In this document: positions 1 through 7,585 of the stretch, piece by piece | Numbering within the stretch: position 1 is the stretch's first letter | Layout: the number at the start of each line of letters is the position of its first letter | IMG/VR virus record: IMGVR_UViG_3300005404_000032 | Location: 1 to 24,565 of that record | Length of the DNA stretch: 24,565 nucleotides | Strand: one strand, 5' to 3' | From: a virus | Taxonomy: Duplodnaviria > Caudoviricetes | Position numbers and translations under genes: made by a program | The notes under the pieces: generated by a model | Told to the model about the DNA's origin: nothing | Database searches by the model: none | Seen by the model: only the letters and a program-made list of their open reading frames with translations

Positions 1-1
1 T

Positions 2-841
2 ATAACAGAGGAGTTGAAACGTGACAGAATCAAGGAACTCGATGAAAAGATCGGAGAGATCGAAACGGCTTTTCAAGATATCGATAAGCGTCTTACTGAA
101 GTTGTTTCACCGTTAGAAAAATTACGTGAACTGAGTGGTGAGATATCTAAGCAGATACAAATCACACATACACAGAACGGTACCATAAAAGCATTAACTG
201 CACAACAGAAAGATCTGGAAGCTAGTGGCTCTTCTATAGACGTAGAAGCTACCAAACTGCTTGAAATGCAAGAGGATTTAAGGTCTGTCACTTTGTCACT
301 TGTAGAATCCAAAAAGAGTTTGGATGTACATATGACAGCTAGTCTGCTGTTGAGAGACTCAGGTATTAAAACAAGAATCATTAAGAAGTACTTACCTGTG
401 ATGAATAAACTCATCAACCAGTACTTAAATAAGTTACAATTCTACTGTAACTTCACATTAGATGAAGAGTTTAAGGAAGTATTGAAGTCTAGATACATTG
501 ATGAGTTCTCATATGAAAATTTTTCAGAGGGTGAGAAAGCACGTATTGATATCAGTTTGTTGCTAACTTGGCGATCCATTGCTAAACTAAAGAACAGCGT
601 TGACACCAACCTCCTTATCCTTGACGAGATCTTTGATGGATCACTTGACACAGTAGGGTCAGATGAGTTATCATTCATCCTCAGAACGTTTAACGATAAG
701 TCAAACGTGTTTGTTATCTCGCACCGTGATAACTTGACAGACAAATTTATGCGGGTACTACAGTTCTCCAAACCACAAAACTTCTCACATCTTGAGATCA
801 AGGAATCTGGTGGTCCCGACTCACTTATAACAGAGTCCTAA
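2..841 (+). CDS. gp46: Recombination endonuclease ATPase subunit (T4 gp46 / SbcC-Rad50-like), 5'-truncated by the window
   Basis: Coiled coil followed by the ABC signature FSEGEKARID, Walker B LLILDE, D-loop GSLD and H-switch ISH. The frame is open from position 2, so the start lies upstream. Confidence 0.95.
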   Translation: MTEELKRDRIKELDEKIGEIETAFQDIDKRLTEVVSPLEKLRELSGEISKQIQITHTQNGTIKALTAQQKDLEASGSSIDVEATKLLEMQEDLRSVTLSLVESKKSLDVHMTASLLLRDSGIKTRIIKKYLPVMNKLINQYLNKLQFYCNFTLDEEFKEVLKSRYIDEFSYENFSEGEKARIDISLLLTWRSIAKLKNSVDTNLLILDEIFDGSLDTVGSDELSFILRTFNDKSNVFVISHRDNLTDKFMRVLQFSKPQNFSHLEIKESGGPDSLITES

Positions 842-1047
842 TGCAGAAACAAATTTCAGAACAGGTTAAATCAGAACTAGCAGAAGCACAGAAGCATTTG
901 CGAGAAGCACTTGCCTTTGCTGCTAGAACCGAAAGTCCATTCCTCATCAAGCACGTTAGCGAGATGGTGTTCAACATTGAGCATATACAGGAACTGGATG
1001 ACATTCTATTTTCAATTAAGTCGGAGGATCTAATTAATGACCGTTAA
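841..1047 (+). CDS. Hypothetical protein (68 aa)
   Basis: ATG overlaps the gp46 stop (TAATG); helical-looking sequence. Confidence 0.75.
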   Translation: MQKQISEQVKSELAEAQKHLREALAFAARTESPFLIKHVSEMVFNIEHIQELDDILFSIKSEDLINDR

Positions 1048-1192
1048 ATCATTCACTAAGATAGATAAGAAAGGTCGAGAAGAAACGTGGAGTTGGGAAG
1101 AGACTCCCGAAGTACTAGCCGCACTGGAGGCACTCAATGAAAGTTCCAAACTGGCAGCATCATTCAAAGAAAGAAAAGAAACGCCACCTTAA
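1037..1192 (+). CDS. Small hypothetical protein (51 aa, MTVKSFTKIDKKGREETWSWEETPEVLAALEALNESSKLAASFKERKETPP), absent from the ORF track
   Basis: Translated by hand. GGAGGA RBS at 1023-1028, ATG 1037, TAA 1190-1192. Confidence 0.65.
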   Translation: MTVKSFTKIDKKGREETWSWEETPEVLAALEALNESSKLAASFKERKETPP

Positions 1193-1307
1193 ACCACAGG
1201 CACTGCGTCAAGCGAGAGCAAGACGTAGACAGTTGATAAAGTGTCTACTTAACCCTCCCAAGCGGAGGGTTTCTTCGTATAATAAGGACATAAGAAACAA
1301 ACACCCA
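1137..1307 (+). CDS. Highly basic 57-codon leader ORF (MKVPNWQHHSKKEKKRHLKPQALRQARARRRQ...), in frame with the VWA gene with no intervening stop
   Basis: GGAGG RBS at 1126-1130, ATG 1137. K/R-rich. The frame runs through a hairpin and a promoter into ATG 1308. Confidence 0.55.
1225..1283 (+). promoter_or_regulatory. Early-type promoter cassette, copy 1: palindrome GTAGACAGTT-GATA-AAGTGTCTAC, hairpin, TATAAT
   Basis: Inverted repeat 1225-1248 (9/10 match) and TATAAT at 1278-1283. Same spacing and downstream sequence as the copy at 3465-3523. Confidence 0.75.
1251..1276 (+). terminator. Intrinsic terminator-like hairpin AACCCTCC-CAAGC-GGAGGGTT followed by TCTTC
   Basis: Perfect 8-bp GC-rich stem and a pyrimidine-rich but imperfect U tail. 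Confidence 0.55.
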
Positions 1308-3476
1308 ATGCCAGATTCATCACATTACGAAGTTAAAGGTAACCTTGCTAGACTACTAGCTACTGAAAACCTTATTGTCCAACACAAGACTGTGGACACA
1401 GCATCGTTCGATGTGCAGAAGAGAATCTTGACACTTCCTATCTGGAAAGGACTAACAAATACAATCTATGATCTTCTTGTAGGACACGAAGTAGGACACG
1501 CATTATACACACCTAATGTAGACCTTAGTTCAACTGGTGTACCACAAGGATACTTAAACATCACAGAGGACGTACGTATTGAGAAGTTAATGAAGCGTAA
1601 GTTTCCTGGTTTACGTAAGTCTTTCTTTGAAGGTTATAAGCAATTAAATGATCAAGACTTCTTTAGTGTTTGGGAGAAAGATCTTGAAGAGTTTACTATG
1701 GCAGATAGAGTGAATCTTCATTTCAAGATTGGAAACTATGTTGACATTCCTTTCAATGAAGTTGAGCAAGCAATCGTAGATCAGATAGCACAAGTAGAAA
1801 CTTTTGAGGATGCTATAGAGGCAGCAAGAGTGCTCTGGAACTACAGAAAGGATGTAGAGCAACAAGCAGAGACCCAACAGATGCCACAAGCGAACACAGA
1901 CGGTGTTAGTGATAGTTCTCAACCTGGTAGTGACTGGGGTGAAGGAGATGATGGTGAAGAGAGTGATGAAGAAGGAGATGATGGTTTTAAAACTAGGTCT
2001 GAGGATGGTGAAGGTAGTGGTGATGATACTGATGGTGGTACAGGATTTGATGAGGGTGATGGAGACGCACCTAAGGATCTCAGCACTGTTGAATCACTAG
2101 AGTCTAAGTTGAGAGATCTAACTTCAACTAACACTTATGAGGAACTTGATGTTATTGAAATCAAACCAAGTAAGTATGAGAAGATTGTTGTTTCTAACAA
2201 AGTCTTTATGGACAGATGTGCAGAGCATTATGCTTCTCTGACTGAGAAAAACGAGGAGTATGGATTTGATCCTGTAGGGGTTGCCGACCAAGAGTTCGAC
2301 AAGTATCGTAAGGAAGCAGCAAGAGAAGTTAGCTACCTTGTTAAAGAGTTTGAGTGTAAGAAATCTGCTGCTGCTTATGCACGTGCATCTACTGCAAAGA
2401 CTGGTGTTTTGAACACTTCTATGCTACATACTTACAAGTACAATGAAGATCTATTCAAGAGAGTAACAATTATACCTGATGGTAAGAACCACGGTCTAAT
2501 TGCACTTGTTGACTGGTCAGGATCTATTGGTGAAGTATGCTTTAATATGGTAAAGCAACTTCTAAATATTGCGTGGTTCTGTAAGAAAGCACAGATTCCA
2601 TTCAATGCATACCTATTCACTACCGAGTGGCCATCCGATGAAAGACCCGACAGATCCACCCCTTACAAATATTCCTTTGGAGATCACTTTAATCTTATTA
2701 ATGTGCTTACCACCGACACTACTGGCAATGAGTTTGAACAACAGTTAAAGTATATGTTCCGTTTGGGTGCATACTACTCTAGCTACTGCCACGGTGAAGT
2801 GTTCCAATACTCACGTTGTCTTAGTTATCCAATTGGTTTATACTTAGGTGGTACACCACTTTCGGATGCTATCGTATCAATGCATACTGTCATCCCTTAC
2901 TTCAAGAAGAAGTATGGTGTTGAAAAATTAAATGTTATCGTATTATCTGATGGAGAATCCCACGCAGGAGTCTACACGACTGACAAAGAACATTACAGGG
3001 ATGAAGAACTTCTTACACGAACAGTGGAGCATCGTACTGCTCTTAGGAATAATCGTACGGGGCGTGTTTTTAGTCGTTTTTCAAATAATTATATGGAGAA
3101 TCTTGGTATCCTTGTACGAGATCTTAAAGAGTCGTTTCCTGAATCCAACTTTGTTAGTTTCAGACTTATCGAATCTAGGGATGTTGCTTACTGGCTTCGT
3201 AATGCATCTTACTTATGCACCGACTGGATGGAGCGTGGAATTTCCAGAGATGAAATTAAAGCAAAACTTAGAAGAGACAAGTCCTTAATCGTTAAGAAGT
3301 CTCTTGGCTATGATGAGTTGTACCTAATGCCAAACAAAAACTTAGGACTCAATACTGAGTTTGAAGTTGATGAAGGAGCATCTAAAGCAAAGATCAAAGC
3401 TGCTTTCAAGAAGTCTCTTGGTAACAAGAGTGTCAACAAAAAGATCCTATCATCTTTTGTAGATATGGTCAGTTGA
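1308..3476 (+). CDS. HExxH metallopeptidase-like + VWA (MIDAS) protein, CobT-like partner of the MoxR ATPase
   Basis: HEVGH near the N-terminus, D/E/G-rich linker, MIDAS elements DWSGS, GGTPL and LSDGES. The probable start is ATG 1308, just downstream of TATAAT 1278. Confidence 0.85.
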   Translation: MPDSSHYEVKGNLARLLATENLIVQHKTVDTASFDVQKRILTLPIWKGLTNTIYDLLVGHEVGHALYTPNVDLSSTGVPQGYLNITEDVRIEKLMKRKFPGLRKSFFEGYKQLNDQDFFSVWEKDLEEFTMADRVNLHFKIGNYVDIPFNEVEQAIVDQIAQVETFEDAIEAARVLWNYRKDVEQQAETQQMPQANTDGVSDSSQPGSDWGEGDDGEESDEEGDDGFKTRSEDGEGSGDDTDGGTGFDEGDGDAPKDLSTVESLESKLRDLTSTNTYEELDVIEIKPSKYEKIVVSNKVFMDRCAEHYASLTEKNEEYGFDPVGVADQEFDKYRKEAAREVSYLVKEFECKKSAAAYARASTAKTGVLNTSMLHTYKYNEDLFKRVTIIPDGKNHGLIALVDWSGSIGEVCFNMVKQLLNIAWFCKKAQIPFNAYLFTTEWPSDERPDRSTPYKYSFGDHFNLINVLTTDTTGNEFEQQLKYMFRLGAYYSSYCHGEVFQYSRCLSYPIGLYLGGTPLSDAIVSMHTVIPYFKKKYGVEKLNVIVLSDGESHAGVYTTDKEHYRDEELLTRTVEHRTALRNNRTGRVFSRFSNNYMENLGILVRDLKESFPESNFVSFRLIESRDVAYWLRNASYLCTDWMERGISRDEIKAKLRRDKSLIVKKSLGYDELYLMPNKNLGLNTEFEVDEGASKAKIKAAFKKSLGNKSVNKKILSSFVDMVS

Positions 3477-3523
3477 CAAACTGGTACACTGGGGGTTCCC
3501 ACCCCCAATTCTTGTACTATAAT
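3465..3523 (+). promoter_or_regulatory. Early-type promoter cassette, copy 2: CAGTT-GACA-AACTG palindrome, TGGGGG/CCCCCA hairpin, TATAAT
   Basis: Palindrome 3470-3483, hairpin 3490-3507, TATAAT 3518-3523. CAGTT-to-TATAAT offset is 48 nt, as in copy 1. Confidence 0.75.
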
Positions 3524-3558
3524 AAGTACATACAAAACAATTAATCCTCTTAAATCTA

Positions 3559-4644
3559 ATGACCGTAGTTTCCGATCTCCGTGACCAGTATGGTAATCAA
3601 ATTACCGCTACTGAAGTTAAAAAATATGCTAGAAAGATTGGACTTGGTTATCGTGCAATCACTAACAGACTAAGTGCTTACAAAGTAAAGCGTGGTACTT
3701 GGGATCTAACAGTGAAGGAAGCACTAGAGAAGACCTACAGCAAACCAGCAGCAGCACCTGCTGTAGAGCAGAACTTAGTTCCAGATGTAGATGCTAACTT
3801 TGTCCCTTTCGGCAATTTCAATCGTCTTAAGAAGATCCTTAAATCTGGTATCTTCTATCCCACATTCATCACTGGTCTATCAGGTAATGGTAAGACCTTC
3901 GGTGTAGAACAAGCAGCAGCACAACTCAAGCGTGACTTGATTAGAGTTAACATTACGATAGAGACAGATGAAGACGATCTTATTGGTGGGTTTCGCCTTG
4001 TTAATGGCGAAACGGTATGGCACAACGGTCCAGTCATCGAAGCACTCGAAAAAGGAGCAGTCCTACTTTTGGATGAAGTGGACCTTGCATCTAATAAGAT
4101 ACTTTGCCTTCAGTCCATCCTCGAAGGGAAGGGAGTCTTCCTCAAGAAGATAGGTAAGTACATTCAACCTGCTGATGGATTCACAGTTATAGCTACTGCT
4201 AACACTAAGGGTAAAGGATCTGAGGATGGTAGATTCATTGGTACTAACGTATTGAATGAAGCATTCCTTGAGAGATTCGCTTTGACCTTTGAGCAAGAGT
4301 ATCCTTCAGTTCAGATAGAGCAGAAGATCCTTAACAAGGTATGTAAGGATGCTGACTACTGTAAGAAACTTGCTGACTGGGCAGACATCATTCGTAAGAC
4401 ATTCTACGATGGTGGTATCGATGAGGTGATCAGTACACGTAGACTTGTACACATCACTAAGGCATTCTCTATCTTTGGTGATCGTCTAGAAGCAGTACAA
4501 CTTTGCTTGAACCGTTTCGATGATGAGACCAAGCAAGCATTCTTAGACCTTTACAGTAAGGTTGATGACAAGGTTGACCTTCCTGTAGACGAGGGAGAAT
4601 CACCTGTGGAAGTACATTCAGACAAAGTGGTTGCAATTAGGTAA
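3559..4644 (+). CDS. cobS: MoxR-family AAA+ ATPase (cyanophage 'CobS')
   Basis: Walker A GLSGNGKT, Walker B LLLDE, sensor ATAN, NEAFLERF and STRRL. Lies directly after the VWA gene. Confidence 0.9.
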   Translation: MTVVSDLRDQYGNQITATEVKKYARKIGLGYRAITNRLSAYKVKRGTWDLTVKEALEKTYSKPAAAPAVEQNLVPDVDANFVPFGNFNRLKKILKSGIFYPTFITGLSGNGKTFGVEQAAAQLKRDLIRVNITIETDEDDLIGGFRLVNGETVWHNGPVIEALEKGAVLLLDEVDLASNKILCLQSILEGKGVFLKKIGKYIQPADGFTVIATANTKGKGSEDGRFIGTNVLNEAFLERFALTFEQEYPSVQIEQKILNKVCKDADYCKKLADWADIIRKTFYDGGIDEVISTRRLVHITKAFSIFGDRLEAVQLCLNRFDDETKQAFLDLYSKVDDKVDLPVDEGESPVEVHSDKVVAIR

Positions 4645-4659
4645 CCACTCTGTTATACT
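4631..4659 (+). promoter_or_regulatory. Sigma70-like (middle-type) promoter TTGCAA-N17-TATACT with extended -10 TG
   Basis: -35 at 4631-4636, TG at 4651-4652, -10 at 4654-4659. Overlapped by inverted repeat AGTGGTTGC/GTAACCACT (4626-4649). Confidence 0.7.
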
Positions 4660-4679
4660 GGTAGAAAACTACCACGTAT

Positions 4680-4991
4680 ATGAACAAGTACAATGAAGAT
4701 GCACTTCTAGAAGAAGTCAAGTCTTACATTCACAACACGTACCGAGGTCATTACAGTCCAGGTGGGGTTCAGACGTTGGATCTCATCGATTCGGTAGGTG
4801 ACGCTGAGGCATTCTGTAGGAGTAACATCCTAAAGTATGCCTCTCGCTACGATCGAAAGGGTTCAGCACGTAAGGACATCATTAAGATTGCCCACTATGC
4901 TATACTCTTACTCCATTTCAATGATAAGACCGCCCGTGCGATGTCTATCAATGATGGAACTACATCATTCTCAGTTGATTACGACAAATGA
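4680..4991 (+). CDS. DUF3310-like protein (T7 gp1.7 nucleotide-kinase-like family)
   Basis: Pattern HY...QTLDLI...FCRSNILKYASRYDRKG...DIIKIAHY. Confidence 0.7.
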   Translation: MNKYNEDALLEEVKSYIHNTYRGHYSPGGVQTLDLIDSVGDAEAFCRSNILKYASRYDRKGSARKDIIKIAHYAILLLHFNDKTARAMSINDGTTSFSVDYDK

Positions 4992-5659
4992 CCGCAGTCA
5001 CATTATCAAAGACTACATTAGCCATTCTTAAAAACTTTGCTACGATCAATACAAGTATCGTAGTAAAGACTGGAAATGTTCTTAAGACTATCAGCAATGC
5101 AGAAAACATTCTGGCATCTGCTAAGGTAGAGGAGACATTCCCAATCGACTTTGCCATCTATGACTTGAACCAGTTTATTGCTGGTCTCCTGTTGTTTGAT
5201 GATCCTGTATTACACTTTGATAATCCTAACTACGTTACGATTAAAGATCAAGGTCAGGGACGTAGAGTCAAATACTACTTCAGTGATCCTGAAATCACTA
5301 TGAAGGCAGCACCTGATCGTGAGATCAAATTTCCTGGTGGCAACATTGAATTCAATGTGACCGAGGAACAGATCGGTGCACTCAGCAAAGCTGCTGCTGT
5401 GTATGGTCTACCAGACTTCACTGTGTCAGGTGAAGAGCAAACCGTTATTCTAAAGGTACGTGACAAAGAAGACGACACCTCCAACTCTTATGATCAAGTT
5501 GTACAAGGATCAACAGACGGTGATTACTCGCTCGATTTTAAAGTTGAAAACCTTAGACTCTTCCAAGGAGACTACGGAGTAAGTGTGTCAAGTAAGTTGA
5601 TTTCTAAATGGAATCACAGCAACATCGACTTGACCTACTACATCGCCTTAGAACCTTGA
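4988..5659 (+). CDS. gp45: Sliding clamp, DNA polymerase accessory protein
   Basis: LSKTTLAILKNFATIN N-terminus, FAIYDLNQF, C-terminal YYIALEP; 223 aa; adjacent to gp44. Confidence 0.96.
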   Translation: MTAVTLSKTTLAILKNFATINTSIVVKTGNVLKTISNAENILASAKVEETFPIDFAIYDLNQFIAGLLLFDDPVLHFDNPNYVTIKDQGQGRRVKYYFSDPEITMKAAPDREIKFPGGNIEFNVTEEQIGALSKAAAVYGLPDFTVSGEEQTVILKVRDKEDDTSNSYDQVVQGSTDGDYSLDFKVENLRLFQGDYGVSVSSKLISKWNHSNIDLTYYIALEP

Positions 5660-6594
5660 GAAAATTCTTATGGGTTGAGGAGTATCGACCCACCAAAATT
5701 AATGACTGTATACTTCCACAGTATCTTAAAACTACATTCCAAGAGTTTGTAGATGCTGGTGAATTCCCTAACCTCCTTCTATCAGGATCTTCTGGTGTAG
5801 GTAAGACTACAGTAGCTAGAGCATTATGTGATGAGTTAGGTGTTAGTACTATTGTTATTAATGGTTCTGATGAAGGTCGTTACCTTGATACTGTCAGGAC
5901 TAAGGTTAAGAATTTTGCTAGTACTATTAGTCTCTCAGGTAGTAAGCACAAATGCGTCATCATAGATGAAGCAGACAATATGACTGCTGACGTTCAGTCA
6001 CAGTTACGTGCTGCTATAGAGGACTATCAGAACAACTGTAGATTTGTCTTTACTTGTAACTACAAGAACAAGATCATTCAACCGTTGCAGTCTAGGTGTT
6101 CTGTCTTTGACTTTGTTATTAAGAAGGAGGACAAGTTAGATCTTCAAGGTCAGTTTTTCCTGAGGATCAAACAGATTCTTAAAGAGAACAAGGTTACGGG
6201 AGAGGACAAGGTACTAGTAAAGTTAGTACAGAAACATTATCCCGATTGGAGGAGAACATTAAATGAATTACAGAGACACAGTGTACGAGGGTCTATTGAT
6301 AGTGGTATTCTGGTTGATATATCAGAACTGGACATTTCGACGCTGGTAAAAGCACTAGCTAGAAAAGAGTTTAGTACTGTCCGTAACTGGGTTGTAGAGA
6401 ACCTTGACAACGATCCTAATATGATCTTCCGTAAGATCTATGAGGGATTGACTGAGAATCTATCACCAAGGAGTGTACCTCAGTTGGTTCTTATACTTGC
6501 AGACTATCAGTATAAATCTGCTTTTGTTGCAGATCAAGAGATTAATCTTTTGGCTTGTATGACACAGATTATGTTGGAGTGTGAGTTTAAATGA
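5656..6594 (+). CDS. gp44: Clamp loader large subunit (AAA+)
   Basis: FLWVEEYRP, Walker A GSSGVGKT, DEAD, SRC motif. Likely TTG start at 5656 overlapping the gp45 stop (TTGA). Confidence 0.95.
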   Translation: MRKFLWVEEYRPTKINDCILPQYLKTTFQEFVDAGEFPNLLLSGSSGVGKTTVARALCDELGVSTIVINGSDEGRYLDTVRTKVKNFASTISLSGSKHKCVIIDEADNMTADVQSQLRAAIEDYQNNCRFVFTCNYKNKIIQPLQSRCSVFDFVIKKEDKLDLQGQFFLRIKQILKENKVTGEDKVLVKLVQKHYPDWRRTLNELQRHSVRGSIDSGILVDISELDISTLVKALARKEFSTVRNWVVENLDNDPNMIFRKIYEGLTENLSPRSVPQLVLILADYQYKSAFVADQEINLLACMTQIMLECEFK

Positions 6595-6677
6595 ATTACA
6601 AAGAGGAAAAAATTCGAGAGGCAGAGAAACGTATTGCTGAATTGAAACGTTGGATTGAAACGTGGAAAAAGCAATGA
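6591..6677 (+). CDS. Micro-ORF, 28 aa amphipathic helix MNYKEEKIREAEKRIAELKRWIETWKKQ (absent from the ORF track)
   Basis: ATGA overlap with the gp44 stop and a second ATGA overlap with the next ORF; fills the gap exactly. Confidence 0.7.
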   Translation: MNYKEEKIREAEKRIAELKRWIETWKKQ

Positions 6678-6871
6678 ATACATTCACCTTCACGGATGAA
6701 GAACTTCTGTGCTTACAAGTGTGTTTACAAAATGCACCGTGTCCATATGACATAGGCAAGAAGAAATTAGTATCTGAAATTGAGGATAAGATAGGTCAAC
6801 CACCTAAAGTAGAGGTTGAACCATTGTTGTTGCCCAAGTATGATTTGACTAAGTATGGTATCACTGATTAA
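6674..6871 (+). CDS. Hypothetical protein (65 aa, MNTFTFTDEELLCLQVCLQNAPCP...)
   Basis: ATG 6674 is coupled to the micro-ORF stop; the ORF track starts it at GTG 6662. Confidence 0.7.
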   Translation: MNTFTFTDEELLCLQVCLQNAPCPYDIGKKKLVSEIEDKIGQPPKVEVEPLLLPKYDLTKYGITD

Positions 6872-7025
6872 ACTATGGAGGATATGGAAGTATGCATTGG
6901 GTAGTTTCGCTGACGAAAAGACTAAACGCTACGACAACCACGTTGTTATCGTACGTAGTATTATTTTCTTTTCTTATCTCATCACTAACTGTTTTATTAT
7001 TGGTGGGGTCATAAGACATTGGTAA
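6855..7025 (+). CDS. Small membrane protein (56 aa, MVSLIKLWRIWKYALGSFADEKTKRYDNHVVIVRSIIFFSYLITNCFIIGGVIRHW), absent from the ORF track
   Basis: Translated by hand. One hydrophobic segment. The WRIW..ALG and ITNCFI..GVIRHW pattern recalls a conserved cyanophage ORF. Confidence 0.75.
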   Translation: MVSLIKLWRIWKYALGSFADEKTKRYDNHVVIVRSIIFFSYLITNCFIIGGVIRHW

Positions 7026-7585
7026 ACTTTACCATAGATCTTGATTTTGATACTCTCCTTATGGAGACTCAACAAGTATATAAGATTTGGCAGATGGCCA
7101 TTAAACCAATGGCACCTGCTGGCTACGATCCTACCTTATCTAAGAATGCGTACAACCTCATTCTATTCAGTTCTTTCCTACCAACATACTACAATTTGTG
7201 GCAGCAAGTTCTTTCCAACATTAAAGGTGAGATAGGTAGTCCAACATATGTTCACGCTTGGTTGAACGTCCATAGATCTGAAGATCTGTGTGATGAAAAT
7301 GAATCACTTAATTGGCACAATCATTCCTATGCTGACTACCACGGATTCGTACACATCAGTAATAAAAATACTGATACTGTCTTTAAGGATGGTCAAGTGA
7401 TACCAAACAAGCAAGGTCAGATGTGTATGTTTGAAGCAGCACGTGAACATCGTGTAGAGAATAGACAATTCTCTGGTATCCGTGCTAGTATAGGGTTTGA
7501 TATACTACACAACCCTAATCCTGGTGTCTTCGTACAACAGGTAATTGATTCTGGAGCACTCCCCCAATTGGTTCCTATATTATGA
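7019..7585 (+). CDS. Putative Fe(II)/2-oxoglutarate oxygenase-fold protein (HxH...H), paralog A
   Basis: AWLN...WHNH...H-RV...R-x-SIGFD double-stranded beta-helix pattern. Clearly similar to 16972-17754. TTG start is uncertain. Confidence 0.6.
   Translation: MVNFTIDLDFDTLLMETQQVYKIWQMAIKPMAPAGYDPTLSKNAYNLILFSSFLPTYYNLWQQVLSNIKGEIGSPTYVHAWLNVHRSEDLCDENESLNWHNHSYADYHGFVHISNKNTDTVFKDGQVIPNKQGQMCMFEAAREHRVENRQFSGIRASIGFDILHNPNPGVFVQQVIDSGALPQLVPIL

Noticed and set aside
1900-2070. GAT/GGT/GAA-rich stretch resembling a tandem repeat
   Set aside because: It is the D/E/G-rich linker of the VWA protein, with no fixed repeat unit.
3473-3478. TTGACA as a -35 element
   Set aside because: The hexamer 17 nt downstream is TTCCCA and the real TATAAT is 39 nt away. 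It is better read as part of the palindromic upstream motif.
6591-6620. Possible programmed frameshift at the A-run in the micro-ORF
   Set aside because: On recount the run has six A's and the 28-aa ORF is continuous in one frame.
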